From positions 355,403 to 419,402 of the forward strand of contig NW_015172574.1 of the NCBI RefSeq assembly GCF_001447785.1: a stretch of DNA of 64,000 bases. The letters are read 5' to 3'. This document shows, piece after piece, positions 13,260 to 24,761 of this stretch. Each line of letters opens with the position of its first letter. Position 1 is the first letter of the stretch. Below the pieces are notes generated by a model that did no database searches, had not been told where the DNA came from, and saw only the letters and a list, made by a program, of their open reading frames with translations. The position numbers were made by a program, and so were the translations under genes. The DNA is from Gekko japonicus (lineage: Eukaryota).

Positions 13260-14725
13260 GTAATAGAGGCACTGAAGGAAGCGATGGTCCGCCCTCTCTT
13301 AAAAAAGCCAACGCTGGACCCGGCCGAATTGGCCAGCTATCGACCGGTGTCCAATTTGCCCTATTTGGGCAAATTGATTGAGAGGGTGGTGGCGTCACAG
13401 CTGCAGGGTTTCCTAGATGACACTTCCATCATCGACCCATTCCAGTCCGGCTTCCGACCTGGGCATGGAACGGAGATTGTACTGGTTGCCCGACCTCCAT
13501 AGACATCTGGATCGGGGCGGCGTGGCAGCACTGTTGTTACTCGATCTGTCGGCCGCATTCGATACGGTCGACCATCAGTTGCTGGCCCGCCGCCTTGCCG
13601 ACGTGGGGATTCAGGGGCTCGCTCTTCAATGGCTTGTCTCTTTTCTCCAAGGTCGGGGACAGAGGGTGGAATTAGGGGAGCAGCGGTCCCGGAGGTACCC
13701 GCTCGAATGCGGTGTGCCTCAGGGGGTGGTTCTTTCCCCGATGCTATTTAATATCTATATGTGCCCCCTCGCCCAGATAGTCCGGAGGTATGGGCTTGGG
13801 TGTCATCAATATGCCGATGACACCCAGCTCTATCTGATGTTGGGTGGCCAGTCAGATTCCGCTCTAGAAGATCTGCACCAGGCGTTGCAGGCCGTGTCTG
13901 GATGGCTCAGGCTGAGCCGGTTGAAGCTGAACCCGGCGAAGACGGAGGTCCTGTGTCTGGGTCGAAACGGGATGGGACTGGGGCTCCCACTCCCGGCCTT
14001 CGATGGGGCGCCGTTGGTGCCAGCTTGTCAGGAGTCTGGGAGTGCTCCTGGACTCCACCTTATCGATGGAGGCCCAGGTTGCAGCCACTGCCAAAGCGGC
14101 CTTTTACCATCTTCGGCTGGTGCGGCAGTTGGTTCCCTTTCTCAGCCGCGAAGACCTAGCCACAGTGATCCACGCGACGGTCACCTCGAGGCTAGACTAC
14201 TGCAATGCTCTCTACATGGGGCTACCTTTGTCGCTGATTCGGAGGCTGCAGCTAGTGCAGAACGCGGCGGCCAGGCTGGTTGCTGGTGTCTCGAAATGGG
14301 ATCACATCCANNNNNNNNNNNNNNNNNNNNNNNNNNNNNNNNNNNNNNNNNNNNNNNNNNNNNNNNNNNNNNNNNNNNNNNNNNNNNNNNNNNNNNNNNN
14401 NNNNNNNNNNNNNNNNNNNNNNNNNNNNNNNNNNNNNNNNNNNNNNNNNNNNNNNNNNNNNNNNNNNNNNNNNNNNNNNNNNNNNNNNNNNNNNNNNNNN
14501 NNNNNNNNNNNNNNNNNNNNNNNNNNNNNNNNNNNNNNNNNNNNNNNNNNNNNNNNNNNNNNNNNNNNNNNNNNNNNNNNNNNNNNNNNNNNNNNNNNNN
14601 TTTTAAATTGTTTTATTGTTGTTTTATCGCACTGAGTGCCATACTGCTGTAAGCCGCCCTGAGCCTGCAAATGCGGGGAGGGCGGGGTATAAATAAAATT
14701 AAATAAATAAATAAATAAATAAATA
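13260..14725 (+). mobile_element. 5'-truncated L2-clade LINE (RT pseudogene), partly in an N gap
   Basis: YRPVSNLP, FQSGFRPGH, LDLSAAFDTVDH, GVPQG, YADDTQ, TSRLDYCN; frameshifts; (AATA)n tail. Confidence 0.9.
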
Positions 14726-16919
14726 ATTTCCAAGTTTGTCACTATATCCAAACTGGCAAACTATGGTCTTGCAAACCAGCATTCCAAAACAGGAATAAAT
14801 CTGTGTTCTGAGCCCTGGTTTGTAGGGTAAGCACCAACTAGAGTTTACTAGTTTAGATGTACTGGCAATCTACAGTTTGCCACAAACAAGGATATGACCA
14901 TCTTAACACATTGAAGAGAACAGGGGAGCAGGAACCAAGAAAGCCAGCCCAAGTTCCTTCTGGGCTTGGTGTCACAGCAACAAACCATGCTTTGCAGTTA
15001 TGTCTAAAACAAGCCACTGAGTTCTTATGGACTTGAGGGACTTTAACAGAGCAAACTAATACTGGCCTTGACTATGTGTATCTGATGCTGGGATCCAAGG
15101 CACAGGCCAGGTGTCTTGTTTGTTTACCATCTACCTGCCTTTTCAATGGGAACCTGTCCGAACTGGCAGAGGACATCACTGATCTGGTTTTGAGAGTCCT
15201 CAGGAGGCCACCTTGCCTGGTCAGAATATTATGGCTACAATGGGCCTATTCCAGGCTGCTTTGGGTGCCTATGCATGAAAAGGACACATGTTAGATTTAA
15301 TCATTTCCACTGAGAAGGGTTCTGGTAGTCCAGAGTAGCTGCAGAGCTAACTATGCCACAGTCAGCTTAAAGATGACATCCTTCCTTTGCCCCCGAGACT
15401 GATGGACCCGAAGATGCCCTGGAAGGGGGGTGTTCTAGGTGCCTAAAGGGGGCCTAAAATAACAAGCTCCAGAAGACTTCCTGGAAGATGCCTAGAACAT
15501 TACTGGCAGCTCATGCTATAATTCCCATTTGAACTCTTATGAGGTGGTGGAGATAGCAGCAAAGAAAGCTTATCTCTCTGCTACACTGCATCAGCTGAAT
15601 CATGTCAAGCTCAGTTCAGGGTATCTCAAGTACCGATGATCACTAAAACAGTGTCATACATAGACATATGGTCTTCAGCTATGCTTTTTCTTTGTCAATT
15701 AAATCTCTCAGGTTTGCTATGACATGGATACTTAATTGGGGGTATCCGCTATACTTTCTGGCCATAGATGTAGGGGATCATATCAGTTTGGCCTCCCTTA
15801 AGGATGCCGACCGGCTGCTGGATTCCATGAGGGCCACCGTCTGGAGGACTCCATAGCTCTGCCAGTCACAGTTCATAAAATCTAGCAAGGAGATGACACG
15901 TACATCATTAAAGAAAATTTGGATGTGTATATCATTATGGAGAATTTAACACTCTTCACTGGTGGAGGGAATTTTCACTATTGAAGAACACAATGTCACT
16001 GGTGGCAAAAGAACCCACATCTTTTTCTAACTGCATTTAGCTTTTAAGCTTTCCTCCTTATTTAGAGAGTGCTGCCAATTTGGCCAAACTGATCCATGGA
16101 AAAAAGCAACCTTGAGACTGAATTGCTGTAACATGTTCCAAATGAGGCTGTCCTTGGTGATGACTGTAAGACTACAGCTACTGCAGAAAGGGGGCACTTT
16201 TCATTATTGGGGGCAGTCGCAGGAAGCATACAACTCCTATATTAAGCTAACTGCACTGGTTGATCTGAGGAAGTGTGTTTGCACACAAAAGCTTACACTG
16301 TGAATAAAACTTTGTTGGTCTTAAAGGTGCCACTGGACTCAAACTCTGTTTAGAAAGTCAGTGTGGTACAGTGGGTAGAGTGTAGAACCAAGATCTTGGG
16401 GACCACAGTTCAAATCCTCACTCTGCCAATGGAAATTTACTGGGCAATCTTTGGCCAGTCACACAAACTCAGCCTGACCTCCCTCACAAGATTGTTGTGA
16501 GGCTAAAATGGAGAAGAGGAGAACAATGTAAGCAAAGAGAAACGTAAGCAAAGAGAATAAACCAAGTACTCAGCTCTACACAGGCAAGGCCAAAACCCTA
16601 CAGCCGCTCCCCCAACCGCCATTCCTTCTTCATTTCTCTGCATAAATGTGTGCCTCCACCCGTTTTGTTCACATACTTGCTCAGATATCTCAACAAAACC
16701 CCTCCCAGCCTGCTTCATTTCGCCCCAAAGGTCTCCCTCCCAAATCCATCGCCCCCTCCGCATTCACGCCCCCTCCCCAACCCCCTGCCCTGCATCATCC
16801 CCCCCCCCAATAAAACCAACTGTCGCTCCTCCTTTGGAGAGACAAGTAGGGTACAGATGAAGTAAGGAAATAAATAAAAATTGCCCTCTCCCCATTCTCC
16901 CCACACCTGCTCTCCCAAC

Positions 16920-17530
16920 GAGCCCCCGGCTACAGCCGGTCTCCGCCCGCACGCCCNNNNNNNNNNNNNNNNNNNNNNNNNNNNNNNNNNNNNNNNNNNN
17001 NNNNNNNNNNNNNNNNNNNNNNNNNNNNNNNNNNNNNNNNNNNNNNNNNNNNNNNNNNNNNNNNNNNNNNNNNNNNNNNNNNNNNNNNNNNNNNNNNNNN
17101 NNNNNNNNNNNNNNACGCTCTTCGGAGGCCTGGCTGAGGGCGCGGTAGGCGCTGAGGACGGTGCCGGCCAGCGCCAGAGCACTGAGAGCCGTGTAAGTGC
17201 GCAGGCTGGGCCAAGGGAAGCGCTCCAGAAAGAGCAGCGGCATGGCGGCGCCGGCCCTGCTGCTCCGTCTGGAGCGGCCCTAAGGCTCCTCCGAGGAGTC
17301 GCCCGGCAACGGCCTAGCGCGGAGCGAGGCCTACTCCGACCCAACGCAGACGTAAGTCGCCGAGAGTGTCGCGCCGTCCGTCCGCTCGCCTGCCTCGGGG
17401 CTGGGTTAGCGAATGAGCGCCTCCCTCAGGAGCCCGCCGGCAGGGGCAGCACTGAGGCGGCGGCGGCGGGTGACTGAGGGGCAGGCCCGGCCACTGCCCC
17501 CAATACAGGGGGTGGTGGCCCGGCCCGAGG
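16920..17530 (-). promoter_or_regulatory. CpG island / AMFR promoter and first exon
   Basis: Very GC- and CpG-rich stretch around the AMFR start codon. Confidence 0.8.
17115..17243 (-). CDS. AMFR: AMFR (gp78 E3 ubiquitin ligase) coding exon 1, 3' part lost in N gap 16957-17114
   Basis: ATG at 17243 in a GCCGCCATG context; MPLLFLERFPWPSLRTYTALSALALAGTVLSAYRAL matches the AMFR N-terminus; lies in a CpG island. Confidence 0.95.
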
Positions 17531-18273
17531 GGTAAGAAAGAGAGTCGTTTCTTTCTTTAACTGATGTCCCGCTTCTCTCCCCCAAAACAGCTTGCATCGT
17601 TTTTCCTTTATTTCCACAACAACCCTACGAGGTGTTTAAGTCCCTGTTTCCCGACTGTGGAACTCAAGCTTTTGCAGTTTTATTAACTTGGCCATGTTTT
17701 CTCCCCCAAAAGGGTCATCACACCAAGTAGCTTTGGACTGATGGGTCACCATACAAAAAAAAGGTTTGGAAGCATTGACTTTAGCGAAGGGTGTGTGACT
17801 GGGTTGCAATAACACAAGGAAAGAACAGAAAGCGCCACTGCCTAAATAATCAAATTGTGGTTCAAGTGTCATTTATACATTAACACCATGCTTTTCTGTC
17901 TCCCCACCCCCTGGACCCAGAACATCATTCTCGTTTTCTCAGCCTATGAGGTGGGTTAGGTCAGTAGAGTGATTGGCCCATAGGTCATCAATGGGCTTCT
18001 ATGGCAGAGCAGGGATTTGAACCTGAGGCCCCGGATGTGACACTTTAACCTCTCCCAGCAACTGACTCCAGCATTTTTATTTCAGGAAGCCAAAGACCAT
18101 GTTATTTATTCGTTAATATCCTACCATCTCCCCACTGGGAACTCAAAGCAGCTCACATCCATTTCTTTCCTCCATTTTAATTTCAAAACGAGCCTGTTAA
18201 GTATAATAAGAGGGGAGTGTGTGACTGGGCCAAGCTTCTGCAGCAGAGTAGAGATTTGGACCTGGGCCCGAGA

Positions 18274-18604
18274 TAGGGCTGCCAAGTGGGGGCGGGTAAA
18301 CCCCTGCTTTGGAGGCCCAATTTCTGCCGCCGCGGAATCGGGCCCTGGGGGGAACTCCGCCCCTCAAGGCACAGCGTGGTTGCGTCACCAGAGGTGACGC
18401 AACCACATCGCTCACGTTGGGGGCATAGCTCCAATCATTGGAGGGGTTTTCCCTCCGACGATTGGGGCCACGCCCCCAACATGAGCGACGTTAACGCATC
18501 ACTTCCTGTGATGTGCTGGCGGCGCGCACACACACATCTTCGGAGAGCTCCCAGAGCCCGGCGAGGTTCCCCCGCCACCAAGGTAAGTAGACTTGGCAAC
18601 CCTA
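18274..18604. mobile_element. hAT-like MITE (TAGGGTTGCCA-type TIR) inside a SINE
   Basis: TIRs TAGGGCTGCCAAGT / ACTTGGCAACCCTA; TSD GCCCGAGA / GCCCTAGA. Confidence 0.8.
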
Positions 18605-18699
18605 GCCCTAGACCATCACTAGCCTCCACACCCCACTTATTCAGTTTCTGCCCCATTTATCCTCACAACAGTCTTTCACAGTAAGCTGAACTATTTATT

Positions 18700-19250
18700 A
18701 ATTTTTAAATTTTATTTATACCCCACCCTCCCCGCAAGCTGGCTCAGGGCAGCTTACATAATTGGTCTATAAATGACCATTCATTCACATAAAAACAGTT
18801 TAAAATGCAATAACAAAAAACAAGAATCTCATAAAGTGCTAGTGCTAATACATTAAATACATAGGATAGCATGCTGGAATACCATACAACCAGACAGATG
18901 CCACTCAGTGATCTTCCTGAGCACAGTGGTAGCAGCCAGATGTTAGCACTACGGGCCAGCTCGTTGGTAGCAGTGGGGGCAGCTCCTAGTTGAAAGCCTG
19001 GTGGAAGAGCTCCGTCTTGCAGGCTCTGTGGAACTGTATAAGGTCCCGCAGGGCCCTGATCTCCTCCGGGAGCCCATTCTACCAGTGTGGAGCCGCCACA
19101 GAAAAGGCCCTGGCCCTAGTAGTGGCGAGCCTGGCATCCTTAAGGCCCGATAGGGCCAGTCGGTTCTGAGACCCCGAACTCAGTGTTCTCTGGGGTATAT
19201 ATGGGGAAATGTGGCCCTCAGGTATGTCGGACCCTGGCCATATAGGGCTA
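18700..19250 (-). mobile_element. L2 LINE 3' fragment
   Basis: Reverse-complement similarity to the 3' ends of the 13.3-kb and 26.6-kb LINE copies. Confidence 0.7.
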
Positions 19251-19439
19251 GACCATTATATTTAACTCACAGCAGCTGCTAGGACTTGCAGTCAGAGCAG
19301 TCGCAGGTTTCCTGTGGGAAACTTCTGCAGCACACCAGGGGCCCAATTCAGACTAAGACCGCAGCAGAGGAGGAGCTCCAGCCTTCCTCTGTGAGTGGGG
19401 GCAGTATTTGCCCTTTCACTGTAAACCTGCTGAGATGGA

Positions 19440-20045
19440 GTGTCAAGTCACTTCTGACTTATGGCAACCTTATGAATTAGTGATCTCCATAACAGCTATG
19501 TTCAGGTCTTGCAAACTGAGGATCTTTATTGAGTCAGTCCATCTCATGTTGGGTCTCCCTCTTTTCCTGCTGCCTTCACCTTTTCCTAGCATTATTGTCT
19601 TTTCCAATGAGTCTTGTCATAATGCGACTGAAGTACAATAGCCTTAATCTGGCATATTCTGCTTTAATTTTCACCTGGAGTCATTTCAAGTCTTCACTCC
19701 TTTCTGCCAGTAATGTGGTGTCATCTGAATATCTCAAATGATTAATGTCAAATTGTTAATGTTCCTTCCTACAGTTATCATTCCACTTTCATCTGATATG
19801 TTCTGCATGTAGATTAAGAGATGGGAGGATAAATATATCCTTCTCTGGCACTTTTGCCAGTTGGGAACCATTCTGTTTCTCCATATTCTGTCCTAACAGG
19901 TTGCCCATCAGAACAATCCACTGTGGCCACACCCATTTCTTTTAAAACTAACCATAACTTTCCTTTCCATTTTATCCTCAAGACAGCCATTTGCTGGCCA
20001 CACACTGGTCATTTTAGGATTAACTGCCTCCAACCAAGGCTCAGA
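19440..20045 (-). mobile_element. RTE/BovB-like LINE fragments
   Basis: VRTEYGETEWFP RT-region peptide; BovB-like 3' sequence. Confidence 0.7.
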
Positions 20046-20554
20046 GAAATATTACAGTTATTTGTTTAGAGTCAAATTTATACCCCGCCCTCCCCGCAAA
20101 GCAGGCTCAGGGTGGCTTCCAACAACAAACACAACAATACGGAATAAAAACATAAATAATACAGAATACATCATTACCAATTCATGGCAAACACAAGCAA
20201 GTTGTTTGGAGGGAGGGTCTAGGTGCACAGTGAAGCAAACCACACAGTGAAGCAAACCACCTTTAATCTTTTATCCACCTTTTACAATATCATAAGAGCC
20301 CTGCTAGATCAGACCAATGGTCCATCTAGTGCAGATTTTTGTCTCACACACAGTGGCATAGAGGCTGAGGCCTTTCCCTGATGTTGCCTCCTGGCTCTGG
20401 GATTCAGAGGATTAGTGCCTCTGAATGCGGTTTCCCCCCCTCAGCCAGCATGGTTAATAGCCATTGATAGACATATCCTCCATAAATCTATCTAATCCCC
20501 TTTTAAAGCTGTTTATTCCTGTGGCCATCAACTTGTCCTGGCCTCTTCCTAGCA

Positions 20555-21475
20555 ATTTATTTATTTTTTGTATTTGTATCCCGCCCATCCCGGGAGTGGG
20601 CTCAGGGTGGGTCACATCATATTTCAACAGTTACAATAAAGTTTAAAAACACAACATAAGCATTTAAGATCAGTGGTTATGGCTACTGGTGAAAGTTCCG
20701 ACCCATTAATACAGATGGAAATGGCCAGTTACCGATGGATGGATGGCCAGTAGGTGGGAGACAGCAACCTCGGGGAGGCCATGTGTGGGCGCCCGCTGTC
20801 TTAACCAAAAGCCTGGCAGAACAGCTCCATCTTGCAAGCCGTGCGGATTTGCATAAGATCACGCAGGGCCCTGATGTGCGGATTTGCATAAGAGCACGCA
20901 GGGCCCTGATCTCAATGGGGGCCAGAGCAGAAAAGGCCCTGGCCAAGGGACCACCAGATGTTGATTATTGGAGCGTAAAGCTCTTCGAGGCGTATACAGG
21001 AAGAGGTGGTCCCTTAGTTATGTTGGTCCCAGGCTGTATAAGGCTTTGAAGGTTAATAGCAACACCTTGAAATGGATCCGGTACTCAATTGGTAACCAGT
21101 GCAGCTGGCAAAGCACATGCCGAATCTGAGCCCACACAGGCGTCGACATCAGCAGGCGCGCCACTGCATTTTGTAGCAGCTGTAATTTCCGGATCAGTCT
21201 CAGGGGTAAGCCTGCGTACAGCAAATAGCAGTAATCAAGCCTGGAAGTGACCATTGCATGGATCACCGTAGCTAGGTCTTGGGGGGAGAGGTAGGGCTTC
21301 AGTAAACTGATCTGCCTAAGATGGATGAATGCAGATCTGGCAACTGCAGCAACCTGGGCCTCCATGGGCAGAGAGGCATCCAGTGTTACTTCCACGCTCC
21401 TCACTGGCACCAAAGATGCCCCTTCCAGAGTGGGCAGCCTGGTGTCCACATCCGTGCCCCCTCAACCCAGGTACA
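20555..21475 (-). mobile_element. L2 LINE 3' fragment (CR1 fragment adjacent at ~20290-20530)
   Basis: VTSRLDYC, LHWLPIEYRIHFKV peptides; shared 3' tail. Confidence 0.85.
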
Positions 21476-23378
21476 GGTCTTCGATGGATTTAATTTCAAT
21501 TTCCACAACAGCCTGAAGGATTATTTTTATGGCACCTTATTCACTTAACATGACACTTACCTTCAGTGAGTGAAAGCTGAGAGATGAATGTACAAGGAAG
21601 AATTTTTGTAATCTCACAATTTATGGGATCATTCCAGCACGGTCCATGTTGATAAAATTACAAAATGCTCATTGAAAGGTTAAGTAACTTCAATTATGTG
21701 AACAATGAAGACGGTCAGTCTCAAGGGATTTTGTAGATGTTCAAGTATGTTTAGAGTTGCCCAGTAAAGTTTCTAGAGCCTCATGGAGCTTTTAAACTGT
21801 CTGTTCCTGGGAAATGGGATTTTTTAATAGGTTATCTTGGTCTACGAGCAGCTCCATCATTTGTGGCAAGACAAATTCCAAACCAGGATGAGAGATATTT
21901 TCAGATGATGATTAATGATAGATAGCTGCCACCCATAAACCTCAAAATGCTAACAAGTTATGTGATAAAGTAATTCATAGCTCACCTGGTTGCCTCAGAA
22001 CATTCAACCTTCTTATTAAATCAACCCCCTTTCTAATTGCCTGTTGCACAGTCAAAACTGTAATCTGGGAAGTAGCAAGCTAGGTTTCCTCTTTTACAGA
22101 GAAATCAGAAGAGTAACTTAATCTTCCACATCATGTAGACAAACCAAACCATGATTTAGAATTGAACCTGAAATAAAGTGTTATTCAGAAGTATACTGGG
22201 GAGAAGACACCAAAAGTTACAACTGGTACTCGGAAATGGAAGTCACTTCATTTGTTAAAGCTGAAAGTGGTTATTGTCTTGACACAGCAGCAAGATCTGA
22301 ACTGCAAATAAACATTCTTGCACAGAAAGCTGCTGGAAGTGAAGCTAACTGGCTTAAATTAACCGCACATATAGTTCAGTAGTATTAGGGGTATTCAAAG
22401 TATAAAAGATCACTTGACAGATATTCAACATATATGAAATTTTGTAAGAGAAACTGACTTTCCCGATCAATTGTAATACATCTTCTTTGCAACTTGGAAA
22501 CATGAATGGCCCTGGAAGCTTTCCCTGAAAGTCTTCCCTGGCATTCACCTTTGCCTCCTGCCCAGCCCCCAAGTTCTGACCTTCAATGCTTTCACATGTT
22601 GTGATGAACAGCAATTTGGGCAACAAGCCCTAGTTACTCAGACATCAGCAACAAGTCCCATTTTGTGCATAAACCCTTTGTCTGCTTCTTATCTACCATG
22701 CCTGCTAGCAGGGGAGGATATTCTTCTAATATTGCCATGCCTATGACCAGGGAACCGCAAGGGTGCAATAGAACAATGGCTCGCAGAACAGCTGGTTTGG
22801 TACTAATCAGCAATACCCAATACATTGGACAGGATTCAGAATTCACAATAGATCTGAATATGACTGTCAGTGTCACGTCTGGTTCCAGCTGAGGGAGGGG
22901 GAGATACATGCATAGACAACCTGTAACCAGATGCAGCAGCGCAGTCTGCTTGCACCATTCAGAAAGCTAAATCAGGAAGGTTTTGACAGGCATCTGAGAC
23001 TTATCTGGAACATTTTAATAGACATCATGAGCTGCCTGTTCTATTGTTGTTCAAAGGCTGCCTGGCTGCTGTCCCTTTGAAGGGGGCCAAGAGAAAATAT
23101 GCAAGTTGAACCTCCACCTACCAATCCTTCAGAGTCCCAGGTTCAAACCCTGCTGCATGCTCAGCTCCCTGCACACAGTCATTTCATATATAGCAAGGAC
23201 CTTGCTATCAGTGTGAGGCATGCTGCTTTTCTGAACGATATTCAAATGGCTGACAACTGTATCCTTTGAGCCTCACCCACGATGCTATGGTACCAGCCAC
23301 CCAACAGCATAGGCCCCTCCACTAGTCTCTTTGGAAGAACAGAAACACCAAGTGAAACGAAATGTAACACATTTTTTG

Positions 23379-23384
23379 TTTAAT
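23379..23384 (-). terminator. Candidate proximal poly(A) signal ATTAAA of NUDT21
   Basis: ATTAAA about 250 nt after the stop, followed by GU/U-rich sequence (GTGTTACATTTCGTTTCACTTGGTGTTTCTG). Confidence 0.55.
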
Positions 23385-23630
23385 GTTTTTTTTAAAAAAA
23401 ATCAGGTGACTATTACAACATAGGTGATTAAAACGCAACTACACTTATCATTCCACTATCTAAACAGTCAAGATTCCACTTTCCTATTCAGATGGTAGAA
23501 ATTTGGGGAGCAAAAGAAGGGGACAGAGAGGAAAAGAAATTAAAAAAATTCTTGCGTCACGTGTCCTTCTACATTTTGAAACTGTTCTCACAGAGACAGC
23601 TTCTGCCGCACACTTAAGGTATAAGGAAAT

Positions 23631-23652
23631 TTAGTTGTAAATAAAATTGAAC
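23631..23652 (-). CDS. NUDT21: NUDT21 exon 7 coding part (FNFIYN*)
   Basis: Poly-T tract plus CAG acceptor; TAA at 23633-23631. Confidence 0.95.
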
Positions 23653-24234
23653 CTGCAAAAAAAAAAAAAAGATAAAGAAATCAGTTGTCATAATGGATCC
23701 ATCAGATGGGACAAAACTGTGTGCATGTTCCAAAATAACAGAAGTCCAGTGGCATCTTAGTCTAACTTTTATTTCAATATGAGCTTTCATAAGTCACCGC
23801 TCACTTCTTCAGATAGCTCTGTGAAGAAAAATTATACCAGAAAAAGGGGGGAGATGGGGGGGGGGGGGGGCAAGGCAGAGGGACTTGGTGTGAATTCCAC
23901 CATGAATCTTTCAAGTCTAAATTCTCAAGGGGAAAAGGGAGGAGTAACAGTCAAAAAGGCATGTCCGCCTTGATAGGGGCTAAGCCACCCATCTACTTTC
24001 TGATGGTGGAGGCATCCAGAACAGGGCCTCGGCTAATAAACTTCACACACAAGTCAACTTCATACGGGAGAAAGGGTTCTTGCAGAGGGCACTGCTGAGT
24101 GATGTGTAGACGTGGACCCATATGAATCCCAATCCTCAAATCACTCAGTCAGTCTCTTATAAAGCCAAGTAAAGGAGGTTGATAAAAGCGTCTTCTCTTT
24201 CTCCAGATGGTATAATGAAACCAGAACACACTCA

Positions 24235-24429
<195 letters not shown>

Positions 24430-24761
24430 TCAGGTAAATAGAACATTGTGTCATATGCAACGTGGTTTTATTCAGAAGGTAGAGAGAGGTGCTAAGCCTC
24501 TTAGTGAAAGGGCTTCCCACTTAATTCCCAAACACACCACACAGTAATTGCAAGCACTTCAGAGCATTATCACAGAAACAGAGCACCATTAGGCCAAAGC
24601 CAACCATTTTTAACCCCCACTGAAGTTGATAAGACAAGTTTAAGCATATACTTAAACTCCCCCACTGAAGGCAAAAATACTGACACGTACGTAACTCGCT
24701 GGACTGGGCCCCTAGGCCCATCCTGAACTTTAAAAGCAGCAAGTTCCTTGAACCCAAAATC

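Noticed and set aside
13417-14751. ORFs of 411, 210 and 149 aa
   Set aside because: Lengths inflated by the N gap; real content is a frameshifted L2 RT remnant
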